Below, piece by piece: positions 36,971-47,777 of a stretch of DNA of 64,000 nucleotides; position 1 is the stretch's first letter; each line of letters opens with the position of its first letter. The position numbers and the translations under genes are program-made. Source of the DNA: Ignavibacteria bacterium (GTDB taxonomy: Bacteria; Bacteroidota; Ignavibacteria; Kapaibacteriales; UBA4661); assembly GCA_013298775.1 (NCBI GenBank), contig JAAFIV010000003.1, positions 141,460 through 205,459 of the forward strand. The letters run 5' to 3'. A model generated the notes under the pieces. The model made no database searches. It saw only the letters and a program-made list of their open reading frames with translations, and was not told the origin of the DNA.

Positions 36971-39397
36971 GTGAAAACACGCTTATTCCCTCGCAAAGCC
37001 GCACTATTCCTTGCTTTGCTCTGCTGCACAACGCACATACTTCTTGCGCAAACACCAAGCGGCGGCATCAACATCTCTGGCACCGTCCGCGATGCAGAAA
37101 GCCGCGAAGTCTTGATTGGAGCAACGGTCTTTGTTGTGCGCGATACAAGCAATATCGCTGCAAGCACCATTTTACGCGGTGCGCGAGCAAATAAATTCGG
37201 CTTCTTTTCCTTGCCCGATGTGCCTGTGCGCGATGGCGAAGAATGCTTCGTTGTTGTGCGGAATATTGGCTACAAGACCGTCTTTACGCGCTACTCAGCC
37301 ACCTCGCCTGCACAATTAAACATCCTCGTTCCGCACCTCGCAAGCCGCACCCAAGAAGTAACCGTCCGCGCTCCTCGTGATTTACGGGCGGCAGTAGAGT
37401 CCATTTCCCGCGTGGATATGAGCGCGGAGACGATTCGCCGCTTGCCGTCCATTGGCGGGCAGACCGACGTTTTTCGCGCCTTGCAGCTTTTGCCAGGCAT
37501 TCAGTCGGCAGGTGAGCTTTCAAGCGGCTTGTACGTGCGTGGAGGTTCGCCCGACCAGAATTTGACGCTCTTGGACGGTGCGCTTATCTACAATCCGTCC
37601 CATTTGGCGGGCTTTTTCAGCACCTTCACCGCCGATGCCGTGCAAGATATTCGCCTCTACAAGGGCGCGTTTCCTGCCGAGTACGGCGGGCGCATTTCCA
37701 GCGTGATTGATATTACCATGAAAGAAGGCAACGCAAAACGCCTGAAGTTTAGCGGCAACCTCAGTACGATTATCGCCGAAGCTACGCTGGATGGACCCGT
37801 TCCGTTCACCGACAGCAATGTTACCTTCATGCTCTCGGCGCGGCGTATGCTCTTGGATTGGCTCATTCTCGCCCAGCGCGAACTCACCGACCAAGTGCCG
37901 CAAAATGTGCCGCTTCCGCTCTACTATTTTTACGATGTGAATGCAAAACTAAACTACCGCATTTCGCCCACAGACCGCTTGTATTTGAGCCTCTACACAG
38001 GGCGCGACAACTTGGGGTTCGATGCGTCGGGCTTGGGATTTGGTCTGGGTTGGGGCAATCTGAGCGGGAATCTGCGCTGGGCGCACGTGGTTTCGCCGAA
38101 TTTGTTCACCAATTTTTCCCTCATTTACACGAAATACGATTACACTTCCAGCCTAGAAGCAAGGATTGGTCGGCTTCGCACGACATTTTCAACGCTCTCA
38201 CAAATTGAAGATTGGACGCTGCGCGGCGAGGCAGAATGGCTTCCCTCCGCCAATCACGCCGTAAAAGCGGGCGTGGAAGTGATTCGCCATGAATTTACCA
38301 ACAACGTCGGAACCCGCATCGAACCTGCTCCTGCGGGCTTTATGCCGAGCGAAACAGGCGGAAAATTGCTGGGCTTGGAAGGCGCGGTGTACGCACAAGA
38401 CGAGTGGACAGTGGATGAACGCTTGCTTGTGAATCTCGGCGCACGGCTCTCGTGGTTTCAGTCGGGCGGGCAAATCAACCTCGAACCCAGAATCTCTGCG
38501 GGCTACAAGCTCACCAATGACCTGAAATTAACCGGCTCATTCGCGCTCGCAAACCAGTACGTGCATCTTCTCACGCGCAACGATATTTCTTTGCCCAGCG
38601 ACACGTGGCTGCCCGCAACCCGCACCATTCTTCCCGCGCGGAGTATGCAGGGTTCGCTCGGAATGGAAATGCCGATTGATGCTGGCGCATTTGGTGAACT
38701 CAAGGCTTCGGTGGAAGGGTATTACAAAACGATGCAAAATCTCTACGAATACCGCGACGGAACGCTCCTGAACACGCTCAATACCGAGCGTTTGGAGGAG
38801 CAGCTCACACGCGGCGCGGGCGAAAGTTACGGCGTGGAAGTGCTGGTGGAGAAAAAATCCAGCGAGCGCATTGGCGAGTTCTCCGGCTGGCTTGGTTACA
38901 CGCTTTCGTGGGCAAATCGCACCTTTCCTGAACTCAACAACGGACGCACCTTTGCACCGCGCTACGACAGGCGGCACAACCTCTCCCTCGCGCTTACCTA
39001 CTTGCTCGACGAGCAATGGGAATTCGGCGCGACGTGGACCTACGTGAGCGGACAACCCATCACGCTGCCAGCCGGGCAAGCGAATTTCCCCGACATCAAC
39101 GGCGCACCCGCTCTGACCGCAAACACGCCCAGCTACTACACCGGAGAGCGCAACAATGCTCGTATGACCCCGTTTCACAAACTCGACCTCAGTATCACTG
39201 CCCGCACACTCATTTTTATGTTTCCAGGAGAATACTATATTAGCATTTACAACGCTTACAACAACATGAACCCGTTTGCATGGATTATTTCCGATGCAAC
39301 GAATCCGCTTACCCCGCAAGCTGGCACAAAACCGAGCATTCAGCAAATTACGCTCTTTCCGATTATTCCGACCTTTGGTGTGCGAATTAAGTTTTGA
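36971..39397 (+). CDS. TonB-dependent outer-membrane receptor (CarbopepD_reg-like N-terminal domain, plug, beta-barrel)
   Basis: Signal peptide, the plug motif RRLPSIGGQTDVFRALQLLPGIQ...GLYVRGGSPDQNLTLLDGALIYNPSH, and a C-terminal aromatic barrel ending ...GVRIKF. Confidence 0.85.
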   Translation: MKTRLFPRKAALFLALLCCTTHILLAQTPSGGINISGTVRDAESREVLIGATVFVVRDTSNIAASTILRGARANKFGFFSLPDVPVRDGEECFVVVRNIGYKTVFTRYSATSPAQLNILVPHLASRTQEVTVRAPRDLRAAVESISRVDMSAETIRRLPSIGGQTDVFRALQLLPGIQSAGELSSGLYVRGGSPDQNLTLLDGALIYNPSHLAGFFSTFTADAVQDIRLYKGAFPAEYGGRISSVIDITMKEGNAKRLKFSGNLSTIIAEATLDGPVPFTDSNVTFMLSARRMLLDWLILAQRELTDQVPQNVPLPLYYFYDVNAKLNYRISPTDRLYLSLYTGRDNLGFDASGLGFGLGWGNLSGNLRWAHVVSPNLFTNFSLIYTKYDYTSSLEARIGRLRTTFSTLSQIEDWTLRGEAEWLPSANHAVKAGVEVIRHEFTNNVGTRIEPAPAGFMPSETGGKLLGLEGAVYAQDEWTVDERLLVNLGARLSWFQSGGQINLEPRISAGYKLTNDLKLTGSFALANQYVHLLTRNDISLPSDTWLPATRTILPARSMQGSLGMEMPIDAGAFGELKASVEGYYKTMQNLYEYRDGTLLNTLNTERLEEQLTRGAGESYGVEVLVEKKSSERIGEFSGWLGYTLSWANRTFPELNNGRTFAPRYDRRHNLSLALTYLLDEQWEFGATWTYVSGQPITLPAGQANFPDINGAPALTANTPSYYTGERNNARMTPFHKLDLSITARTLIFMFPGEYYISIYNAYNNMNPFAWIISDATNPLTPQAGTKPSIQQITLFPIIPTFGVRIKF

Positions 39398-39408
39398 TGT
39401 ATCTAAAC

Positions 39409-39536
39409 TCTTGTGAGGCTCTCACTTCCTAGTGAGGGTCTCACTTCCTAGTGAGGGTCTCACTTCATCACTTAAAAGTAAAAAAGTGAGACCCTTAACC
39501 TGCGAAGACGCAGGAATTGAGAGCCTCACATTCGCC
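39409..39536. repeat. Family-6 repeat cluster (GTGAGGCTCTCACTTCCTAG x3 direct, then inverted GTGAGACCC ... GAGAGCCTCAC)
   Basis: Direct reading. It lies downstream of the TonB receptor gene. Confidence 0.75.
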
Positions 39537-39624
39537 TGATGGATTGCGTAACCTAGCATCCCTTTACAAATAACTACTGACAAAAATGCCCCAGAACACA
39601 AGAAAATATCAATCTCACAGAGCA

Positions 39625-40524
39625 ATGACGATTGCTCTCTGCATGGCTTCACTCCTGAGTTCCTGCATCACCACCGTTACCGCGCCGCTTGATATTGCCT
39701 TTGAAGAAAGGCTCGTCGTGCGAGGCGTGGTGCGCTCTGGCGAAGCGTTGGAGAATATCAGCATCACAAAATCATTGCCCGTGCTTGAAGAGCCGACCAA
39801 TACTGGGCTTCAGGTCGGCGGCGTGGAAGGAACGATTACTGTGAATGGTCAAGGATTGAATAATCAAACCTACCCGCTCGTGCAGCAATCGCCGATTCTC
39901 TACGGCATTCGCCAGCCCAGTATTCGTGCGGCTTCGGGAATGTTGCTCACGCTCAACATCACACGCAAACTTCCAAACGGCACGGTACAATCTGCTTCCG
40001 CCGAAACCCGCATCCCACCTCAGCCCGTGATTCGCGGAGTGCGCATTATTCCGCAAACTGTCCTCAGCGTAACCACAGCCACGCCGATTCCAGGCGCGGA
40101 CCCTGTTACGATTGTCCGCATGGATACGGTCTTTGCGGCGGAAGTGATGTTGGAAGCCGAGCCACGAGTGGCGTACAGAATTGGCATACAAGCCATAGAC
40201 ACGGCGCAAAATCAAGCATTGACGCAGGTGTATGAAAGTAGCGTCCTCTTTCACACCGAAAGCGCGGCACAGGAACGCACCCTAAATTCGTCGGCATTAC
40301 CACGCAACACCCACGTATTTCTGCGAAATCCAGCCTTTCGCTACAAAGTAATTGTCTATGCGTTTGACGAAGCGTATTACCCGTATTTCCTCACGCGCGG
40401 GCGGGGGCAGCAAGCAACAAACATCTTTGGTGGTGCGAATGAAAATGTTTCGTGGAATATCAAAGGCGATGCAATCGGGATGTTTATTGGCATTGCCGAA
40501 AGGACGGTGTTTGTGCGCCCGTAA
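39625..40524 (+). CDS. Lipoprotein, DUF4249-like (commonly encoded next to TonB-dependent receptors in Bacteroidota)
   Basis: A lipobox-like LLSSC and a position directly after the TonB-dependent receptor gene. The family is assigned by pattern only. Confidence 0.45.
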   Translation: MTIALCMASLLSSCITTVTAPLDIAFEERLVVRGVVRSGEALENISITKSLPVLEEPTNTGLQVGGVEGTITVNGQGLNNQTYPLVQQSPILYGIRQPSIRAASGMLLTLNITRKLPNGTVQSASAETRIPPQPVIRGVRIIPQTVLSVTTATPIPGADPVTIVRMDTVFAAEVMLEAEPRVAYRIGIQAIDTAQNQALTQVYESSVLFHTESAAQERTLNSSALPRNTHVFLRNPAFRYKVIVYAFDEAYYPYFLTRGRGQQATNIFGGANENVSWNIKGDAIGMFIGIAERTVFVRP

Positions 40525-40568
40525 TTGCTACGCTTGCAATTCTTTTTGTTGAATTATTGGAGTACGAA

Positions 40569-41342
40569 ATGCTGAAATTCACATTGCCCACACACAAGAT
40601 TCTGTCAAGTGTTGAGGCTTTTTTTGTTGTCTATTGCGGATGCTGTTTGTTCCTGCTGGAAACCGCACCAGTGCTTGCGCAGTGGAGTCCCAATTCTCCT
40701 CGCGCTGAGCGTGCCTACGACGCACATTTGCAAGGCTACAATGCGCTTTTCCCTGCCGAACATGGCGCGTACTATATGCTTCCAATGGGTATTGCTTCTG
40801 GTGGCATGAGCGATGCGTTTGGGAGCAATCCTGCATATTTTTTTTCGGGTTTACCACGACAATGGTTCTTGCAAAGCACGATGATTCATTACGACCGTGT
40901 TATCATTGAAACCTTTCAAACAAGCGGTATTCTGCGCCTTGATTCGGCAGACACGGAAATAGCTACCTTCGGCAATACGCTTGGTTTCGGCTACATCGTT
41001 TTTGATACCACGCTCTCGCAAACAACCAAACTCAATCTCTTTCCTTTCCTCAGCACTGGCGTTCTGACGAGCCGCTTTTTTCAGCCGCGCATCACCTTCA
41101 GCGCGAGCCTGAGTGCGCTTTATACGATTGATATTTCTCAGCGTACTGCAATGCGGCGCAATGTAGGATTTGCTGTGCCAATTCGCATAGATATTGGCTA
41201 CACACGGCATTATACCGCCGTGCAGTCTGGCTTGGAAGATATTGGTGACGGTGGAGGCGTGTTTTTGCGCGTGAGCGTGGGCATAGGACCGCATTATTCG
41301 GCGGTTGTAGCGGGGACATACGACACGGTTGTACAGGAATAA
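40569..41342 (+). CDS. Hypothetical secreted or outer-membrane protein
   Basis: Signal-peptide-like N-terminus (MLKF... CGCCLFLLETAPVLAQ). No recognised family. Confidence 0.35.
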   Translation: MLKFTLPTHKILSSVEAFFVVYCGCCLFLLETAPVLAQWSPNSPRAERAYDAHLQGYNALFPAEHGAYYMLPMGIASGGMSDAFGSNPAYFFSGLPRQWFLQSTMIHYDRVIIETFQTSGILRLDSADTEIATFGNTLGFGYIVFDTTLSQTTKLNLFPFLSTGVLTSRFFQPRITFSASLSALYTIDISQRTAMRRNVGFAVPIRIDIGYTRHYTAVQSGLEDIGDGGGVFLRVSVGIGPHYSAVVAGTYDTVVQE

Positions 41343-41400
41343 TTGGAATAATTGGAATAATTAGAATAATTGGAATAATTAGAATAATTAGAATAATTCC
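41337..41400. repeat. Tandem 9-bp repeat (GAATAATTR) x7
   Basis: ggaataattggaataattggaataattagaataattggaataattagaataattagaataattcc. Confidence 0.85.
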
Positions 41401-41416
41401 TTTCAATCACAAACAA

Positions 41417-41770
41417 TCACTCAGGAGAATTGCTTGGCGGAATGCGCTTTAGCAAGGAGTCTATGCGCTCAATAGTTTCCAATGTATCATCAAGATAAAA
41501 ATGCAATTCGGGCGAAAAGCGCAAACGTACCTTTCCTGTAACCTTGTGGCGAATATCTTTGGCACGGTCGGTTACTTTCGCTAAGGCTTGTTCGGGGCTG
41601 AGTTTGCCACCAAACACGCTCAAATACACCCGCGCAATACGCAAATCCGGCGACATCCGCACGTGTGTAACGGTGATAAGTCCAGCAGAAATCTCTGAAG
41701 CAAGGTCGCCCAAAGGACGCGACAGAGCTTGGCGAATTTCACTGGCTACTTTTTCGGTACGAATGGACAT
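41417..41770 (-). CDS. rbfA: Ribosome-binding factor A
   Basis: 117 aa. It lies downstream of infB in the canonical operon, with RbfA-like KH-fold sequence (RVYLSV...). Confidence 0.8.
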   Translation of the reverse strand: MSIRTEKVASEIRQALSRPLGDLASEISAGLITVTHVRMSPDLRIARVYLSVFGGKLSPEQALAKVTDRAKDIRHKVTGKVRLRFSPELHFYLDDTLETIERIDSLLKRIPPSNSPE

Positions 41771-41905
41771 AGTGGGAAAGGATGAAATGTGAGAGATGAA
41801 GGCGAAAGCATATTCTAACGAAAAAGCCTGAAAGTACGAGGCTTACAGGCTTTTTCAATGATATTTTTCAGTTTAACTGACAGCTTCCGTTTTAGAGCTT
41901 CTGTT

Positions 41906-44900
41906 TTAGAGCTTCCGCTTGACTTCTGTTTTGCGAACCGCTTCAATCAAGTCGCCTGTTTGAATATCGTTATAGCCATCAATTGCCATACCGCACTCAA
42001 AGCCAGAATCTACCTCGCGTACGTCTTCTTTGATACGCTTTAAAGAAGCAAGACGACCTGTGTAGATTTCAAAGCCATCGCGAACAAGGCGCACGGTATC
42101 GTTGCGGTTGATTTTGCCTTCAAGCATGTAGCAGCCCGCAATGTTGCCGAGCTTGCTAATTTTGAAGACTTCGCGAATCTCAGCAACACCAACAACTTCT
42201 TCTTTGATTTCTGGCATCAACATACCTTCAAGAGCGAGCTTGACTTCGTTAATACAGTCGTAGATGATACGATACAAGCGAATATCAACGCCTTCGTTCT
42301 CTGCGAGCTTTGCCGCTTGAACGTTAGGACGGACGTGGAATCCAACAATCACGGCTTCCGAAGCTGCCGCAAGCATAATATCGGATTCGGTAATCGTTCC
42401 CACTGCGCGAAGGATGATAGATACTTGTACTTCTGGCGTAGAGAGCTTTTGGAGTGAGTCTGCAAGAGCTTCCACCGAGCCGTCGGTATCGCCTTTCAAA
42501 ATAATCTTCAATTCTTGTACACCACCAGCTTTGATGCGGCTTGCAATGTCGTCGAGCGTTACGTGGCGAATACGCTTGAAATCCTGCTCGCGCTTGATTT
42601 GCTGACGTGTGGTCGCAATTTCACGCGCTTCTTGTTCAGAATCCATCACGATAAAAGAATCGCCCGCTTGTGGCACGCCGTCAAAACCCAAGATTTGAAC
42701 AGGGGTTGAGGGGATTGCTTCTTCAATGCGCTCGCCGTTTTCGTTGAACATCGCACGGACGCGCCCTGCGTAAATGCCCGACAAGAACGAGTCGCCAACG
42801 TGCAATGTCCCTTTTTGGACAATCACCGTTGCAACGGGACCTTTGCCTTTGTCAATTTTCGCCTCGACGACCGTTCCACGTGCGTTCCGGTCAGGATTTG
42901 CGCGGAGATTGAGCAATTCTGCTTCCAGCAAAATTTTCTCCAAAAGCTGCTCAATGTTCAGACCTTTTTTCGCGGAAATCATTGCCGACTGAAACTTGCC
43001 GCCCCATTCTTCCACAAGAACGTTGTGGTCGGAAAGCTGCTGACGCACTTTATCGGGATTCGCTTCGGCTTTATCAATTTTGTTAATCGCCACAACCATC
43101 GGAACGTTTGCCGCCCGCGCATGGCTAATAGCTTCAATTGTTTGCGGCATTACGTTGTCATCCGCCGCTACCACCAAGACCACAAGGTCGGTTACTTGCG
43201 CACCACGCGCACGCATTGCCGTAAATGCTTGGTGTCCGGGCGTATCAAGGAAGGTGATAAACTTGCCATCGGTCATTTTTACGCTATACGCACCAATGTG
43301 CTGCGTAATACCGCCCGACTCGCCGCTCACAACGCTCGTTTTGCGAATGTGGTCGAGAAGCGAGGTTTTTCCGTGATCAACGTGTCCCATGACTGTTACA
43401 ATCGGCGCACGGGCAACAAGTGTTTCTTCCTCTTCATCATCGTCGTCCTCCACGAGTTCTTCTTCGGAGAACGCATCTTCAAATTCCACTGCAAAACCGT
43501 AGTCGTCGGCGATAAGAGTAATCGTATCTTTCTCAAGGCGTTGATTGATAGACACCATCAAGCCTAAGCCCATACATTTTACAATGATGTCATTCGTTTG
43601 AACGCCCATAATTCCTGCAAGGTCGGCAACCGTGATAAACTCGGTTACGCGCAGGATTCCTTCTTCTTGTTCGCGGAGTTCGGCTTGGCGTTCTTGCTCT
43701 TCGGCACGCTCCATTTTGCGTTTTTGGCGAAGACGTGTCCGCATGGCAAGATTTGATTCGTCCTGCCCTGCGAGTGTTCTGCGAATTGCCTTATCAACAT
43801 CTTCCGCGTTCACTTGCTCGCGTTTGTTCTTTTTCCGTTTTTTCTTACCCGCAAGCCCAGCAGCACCGCCACCCGGACCGCCTTTTTTCACAACGCCATC
43901 ATCACCATCTTTTGTCCAATCTTTTGCTTTGGCAATGACTGGAACAGCTTTGCTAACTGGCTTGTCGCGTCCATCGCCTGCAACGTGTGGTGGGCGTGGT
44001 TTTCCGCCACCACCACCATCGCGCCCTCTTGGAGCATCGCCACGTGCGCCGCCGCCGCGTTCTGGCGCAGCAGCACCGCGCTCTGAGCGGCGTGGACCGC
44101 CAAGTTCAATTTTACCTAAAATGGTCAAGCCCGTTGGCATTGGGGTTGAGTACGGAGCGTTATCAACAAAGACCTCACCAATACGTTTTTTACGTTTGCG
44201 TTTGCCGCTTTCGTCGTGTTGTGCGTCGTCATCGTGTTCATGCTCATCGTCAGCGTCATTCACGTCTGCATCGCTTACAGAATCTGTTTTTTCAGTAAGA
44301 TTTTTGGAGGCAGGTGCGTCTTGCCCAATACCTGCAACAGCACCGCTCTGGGCAACGGCGGTAGGCGGAGTGCTTTGTTTCGCAGATGCGGTCTGAGAAG
44401 GAGCTTCTGAAGCAATACTCTTCGACGAAACGGGTGCTGTTTCTTTTTTACTTGTTTGCGCAACAGACGACGCATCAGTATCAATAAGCGTAGCAGTTAC
44501 ATCGAGCTTTGATGCGGCTTCGGTCTTTTTCACACCAAGTTCTTGTGCAATATCTTTTTCCTTGCCTTTTCCAGTCTTTCCTTTCGAGCGGCGCGAAGAA
44601 CCGTCGTCCAATTGAATCACCGTTCCAACAGCTACCCCAGCTTCGGCGGGAGCAGTAGAACTACGCACATCTCCTGATGGAGCCTGATGTTCCGTGCTTT
44701 CTTGCGAAGAAGGATGTTCGTGTGAAGGAGACGAATGCGGTGCTGATGATACATGCGGAGCGTCATCATGCGCTCCCACAGGCGCAGAAGAAGAGGAAAT
44801 ACCTCCATCGGCAGAATCATGCTCGTGCGGAAGAGCCGTTGTTGCTTGCTCCCCTACTGCGTGGTCATCGGTATCTGTTTTGGGAGCTACCTTCGCACGC

Positions 44901-45088
44901 TGCTTTTCCGCAGCAGAGGCTTCTTTTTGAAAATTTCCCATAACGAGATCCACCATTGCGTCTGTAAGAGTCGCAGTGGCTTTGTTCTCAATGGAAAAAC
45001 CCTTGCCTTGCAAAAATTCCACAATGGTTTCTTTGCCGACGTTGATTTGAGAAGCAATTTTAAACAGTTTTGTTCCCGTACTTGCCAT
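41906..45088 (-). CDS. infB: Translation initiation factor IF-2
   Basis: N-terminal domain, a long Ala/Pro/Gly/Lys-rich linker, a GTPase domain ([21 protein letters not shown]) and C-terminal beta-barrels. Start chosen at [10 protein letters not shown]. Confidence 0.95.
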   Translation of the reverse strand: MASTGTKLFKIASQINVGKETIVEFLQGKGFSIENKATATLTDAMVDLVMGNFQKEASAAEKQRAKVAPKTDTDDHAVGEQATTALPHEHDSADGGISSSSAPVGAHDDAPHVSSAPHSSPSHEHPSSQESTEHQAPSGDVRSSTAPAEAGVAVGTVIQLDDGSSRRSKGKTGKGKEKDIAQELGVKKTEAASKLDVTATLIDTDASSVAQTSKKETAPVSSKSIASEAPSQTASAKQSTPPTAVAQSGAVAGIGQDAPASKNLTEKTDSVSDADVNDADDEHEHDDDAQHDESGKRKRKKRIGEVFVDNAPYSTPMPTGLTILGKIELGGPRRSERGAAAPERGGGARGDAPRGRDGGGGGKPRPPHVAGDGRDKPVSKAVPVIAKAKDWTKDGDDGVVKKGGPGGGAAGLAGKKKRKKNKREQVNAEDVDKAIRRTLAGQDESNLAMRTRLRQKRKMERAEEQERQAELREQEEGILRVTEFITVADLAGIMGVQTNDIIVKCMGLGLMVSINQRLEKDTITLIADDYGFAVEFEDAFSEEELVEDDDDEEEETLVARAPIVTVMGHVDHGKTSLLDHIRKTSVVSGESGGITQHIGAYSVKMTDGKFITFLDTPGHQAFTAMRARGAQVTDLVVLVVAADDNVMPQTIEAISHARAANVPMVVAINKIDKAEANPDKVRQQLSDHNVLVEEWGGKFQSAMISAKKGLNIEQLLEKILLEAELLNLRANPDRNARGTVVEAKIDKGKGPVATVIVQKGTLHVGDSFLSGIYAGRVRAMFNENGERIEEAIPSTPVQILGFDGVPQAGDSFIVMDSEQEAREIATTRQQIKREQDFKRIRHVTLDDIASRIKAGGVQELKIILKGDTDGSVEALADSLQKLSTPEVQVSIILRAVGTITESDIMLAAASEAVIVGFHVRPNVQAAKLAENEGVDIRLYRIIYDCINEVKLALEGMLMPEIKEEVVGVAEIREVFKISKLGNIAGCYMLEGKINRNDTVRLVRDGFEIYTGRLASLKRIKEDVREVDSGFECGMAIDGYNDIQTGDLIEAVRKTEVKRKL

Positions 45089-45220
45089 AGAATAAATGTA
45101 AATGAAACAGCGGAAGTTAATATACAACCGAAACTTCCAATCGGCAATCTCTCTTTGACTTTAAGTTGTCTTTTTTGTTCTCTTTTTTGTTCTCGTTCTT
45201 GCTTTTTATCCGACCAAATA

Positions 45221-46654
45221 TCACAACGCCGGACTTGGAGCGGGTTCTGCGCTTGGTGTTGCTACACCATTTTCCTGTGAAACGGGTTGTGAAACAGCTT
45301 GCGGAGCGTCTTCTGAGGATGCTTCCGGAGCAGATTCACTTGGCGTTTCGCCAAGCACCGCATTGGTAATGTGTTCACGCATTTCGCCCGATTCGCGCTC
45401 GCCAAATTCTTCCAAAATTAAGCTACGTAATTCCAACAGTAATTCCTTCGTCATGCCTGAAATTGCCAGCAATTTCGCGGGGTCGGTGTTCAAGAATTCG
45501 CGGGCGGTATCAATTTCTGCTTCGATGATACGGTTGTACACATCGCGTCCCATCTCGTCGCGGAACTCAATCAATTCAATATCTTCAACGCCTTCTTTTA
45601 CAAGCGAAATCGAATAGCCCGTCAGGCGAGAAGCCAAGCGGACATTCTGACCATTTTTGCCAATAGCAAGCGATACTTGGTCGTCAGCAACAATCACTGA
45701 ACAGGTACGTGTTTCTGGCACGACCTTAATTTCCTTGATTTTTGCTGGCGAAAGCGCACGGGCAATAAACGTCGCTGGGTCGTCGGAATAATTGATAACG
45801 TCAATGTTTTCGTTTGCCAATTCACGCACGATTGAGTGAATACGAATGCCTTTCATACCCACGCACGCACCAACGGGGTCAATGCGCTCGTCGTAGGATT
45901 GAACAGCAACTTTGGCACGTTCGCCTGGGTCGCGGGCAATAGCTTTGATTTCAATCAGACGGTCGTAAATTTCTGGAATTTCAATTTCAAAAAGTTTCGC
46001 CAAAAACGCATTATCGGCGCGAGAAATGATGATGTCTGGATTACCCGACGCACCACGACGCACTTCTTTGATAATCGCACGAAGCGGCTCGTTTTTGCGG
46101 TATCGCTCGCGAGCAATTTGCTCTTCGCGCGGGAGGCGCATTTCTACGTTATTCAGCATGACAAATACATCCGAACGACGAATTTGATGCACTTCACCAA
46201 CAACAATTTCATTCAATTTTTCGGCAAACTGCGCTTGAACGTTATCGCGCTCAACGTCGCGAACGCGCTGGTTCAAGGTTTGTCCGGCGGTGTTCACAAG
46301 GCGGCGACCGAAGTTTTCCGCGATATTGTCTAGCGTAATTTCTTCCAAAAATTCATCACCAATGTCGTAGCTTTCTGTGCCTTGATTCGCCTCATTTTGT
46401 GCGATTTCTAATACCGCATCTTCTACATTTTCCACGACGGTCAAAATGCGATAAATCTCAATATCGCCTTTGTCCATGTTCACAACAATATCAAACTCTG
46501 CACGCTCGCCGTACTTTTTGCGCACCAGCATTGAAAGAGTTTCTTTAATAATTTCTTGCAAGACAGCGCGGTCGAGTCCTTTTTCACGCGCCATTTCCGC
46601 GAAAGCATCTACAATAATGCTCTTATCGAATTTTGGTTTTGCTTTCCGTGCCAT
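45221..46654 (-). CDS. nusA: Transcription termination/antitermination factor NusA (with a C-terminal acidic extension)
   Basis: N-terminal domain, S1 domain and two KH domains. It sits between rimP and infB. Confidence 0.95.
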   Translation of the reverse strand: MARKAKPKFDKSIIVDAFAEMAREKGLDRAVLQEIIKETLSMLVRKKYGERAEFDIVVNMDKGDIEIYRILTVVENVEDAVLEIAQNEANQGTESYDIGDEFLEEITLDNIAENFGRRLVNTAGQTLNQRVRDVERDNVQAQFAEKLNEIVVGEVHQIRRSDVFVMLNNVEMRLPREEQIARERYRKNEPLRAIIKEVRRGASGNPDIIISRADNAFLAKLFEIEIPEIYDRLIEIKAIARDPGERAKVAVQSYDERIDPVGACVGMKGIRIHSIVRELANENIDVINYSDDPATFIARALSPAKIKEIKVVPETRTCSVIVADDQVSLAIGKNGQNVRLASRLTGYSISLVKEGVEDIELIEFRDEMGRDVYNRIIEAEIDTAREFLNTDPAKLLAISGMTKELLLELRSLILEEFGERESGEMREHITNAVLGETPSESAPEASSEDAPQAVSQPVSQENGVATPSAEPAPSPAL

Positions 46655-46712
46655 GAATGGTCAGAGTTTGTTATGATTTCAGTTGATAATTCTGTGGGTG
46701 ATGTGTTGGGAG

Positions 46713-46780
46713 GAACAGACAAGAGTGTCTGTTCTACCGAAGCCAAGTATTTGTCTGCTATTTGTCTGCTATTTGTCTGC
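46713..46780. repeat. Partial family-3 hairpin (GAACAGACAAGAGTGTCTGTTC TACCGAAGCC) followed by an 11-bp tandem repeat (TATTTGTCTGC) x3, upstream of nusA
   Basis: Direct reading. Confidence 0.75.
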
Positions 46781-46815
46781 GCCCCAAGACGCAAAAATAT
46801 TACATCTTACAAATC

Positions 46816-47367
46816 TCAAAATTCAATTTCAACAATTGCCGAGCGAATCTCAGCAAGAGGAATTTCCATCGGGTACGTTGGTGCGCCACTGGCGGCGGCT
46901 TTTTTTGCGGCTGTCTTGGAAATACTGGTCTTTGGAGCTTCCAGCACCAATACTTCACCGCCCACTGCATCCTGCAAAAGCTGTCCAATACGCCCTTTTA
47001 CGGAGGTGCCGCTTGTAAGCTCAAGCGTAAGCAAACGTCCTGCATTGCGCTGATATTGCCACGAGAATTGGAGCGGTCTTGAAACGCCTGGCGAAGAAAC
47101 TTCGAGGCGGTATGCGGCGGGGAAGGCTTTTTCGGCTTCCAACATTTCGCCAATCTTCTCTGACAGCACGCCACATTCTTCGAGACTCATTCCTTCGGGC
47201 TTATCTACGTATATTTCCACAATCCGTCGTTCTTTCGAGCCGCGTACAATGGCTTCCACGAGTACCGCGCCTTCGTTTGCACAGAGTTCGCGGAGTGCGA
47301 TTTCTATTGCTGGCGCGAGAGATATGGCGGCTTGCGCGGTATGTTCTTGTGTCTGGGCATTGCTCAT
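46816..47367 (-). CDS. rimP: Ribosome maturation factor RimP
   Basis: First gene of the rimP-nusA-infB operon. Start chosen at MSNAQTQEH (the longer ORF has an implausible extension). Confidence 0.8.
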   Translation of the reverse strand: MSNAQTQEHTAQAAISLAPAIEIALRELCANEGAVLVEAIVRGSKERRIVEIYVDKPEGMSLEECGVLSEKIGEMLEAEKAFPAAYRLEVSSPGVSRPLQFSWQYQRNAGRLLTLELTSGTSVKGRIGQLLQDAVGGEVLVLEAPKTSISKTAAKKAAASGAPTYPMEIPLAEIRSAIVEIEF

Positions 47368-47777
47368 AGTGCAACGAGGTACAAATGGACAAGAAACAAA
47401 AAAAGGGCTTCGTAAAGAAAGCCCGAAATAAACGAAATAACGATGTCGGAATAACTCGTAATTAACGATGTACTTTTGGATACTTACGCTCAACTAGACA
47501 AGCCACAAAGTTACGGAAAAATTTTAACTTGTCCAAATTTTCCCTCAGCTTCGATAGCGAGTCCGCTTTGTTCTTTCTCGGAAATCACCTCAACTTCCTC
47601 CTTTCTTGAATTCAAGTTTTGTATTCTCCATACTTTCTGCGTACTTTGCTGTGGTGATGCTTTGCGGGCAACCGTGCTTGAGAATCCTCTCAAGAACCGC
47701 CGTCATTCCTCACAGCATTTCGTGTTCGTAATTTGTTCATGTTTCTGTTCGTGTACCACCCAACTTTTCTTTTGTCT

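Noticed and set aside
41888-41915. Two adjacent copies of GTTTTAGAGCTTC at the infB 3' end, reminiscent of the start of a type II CRISPR repeat
   Set aside because: Only two 14-nt copies in direct tandem with no spacers and no cas genes nearby. It is a simple short tandem duplication.
43632-44396. 254-aa + strand ORF antisense to the infB N-terminal low-complexity region
   Set aside because: Antisense of a Pro/Gly/Ala-rich linker-coding region. Such frames are open by composition alone.
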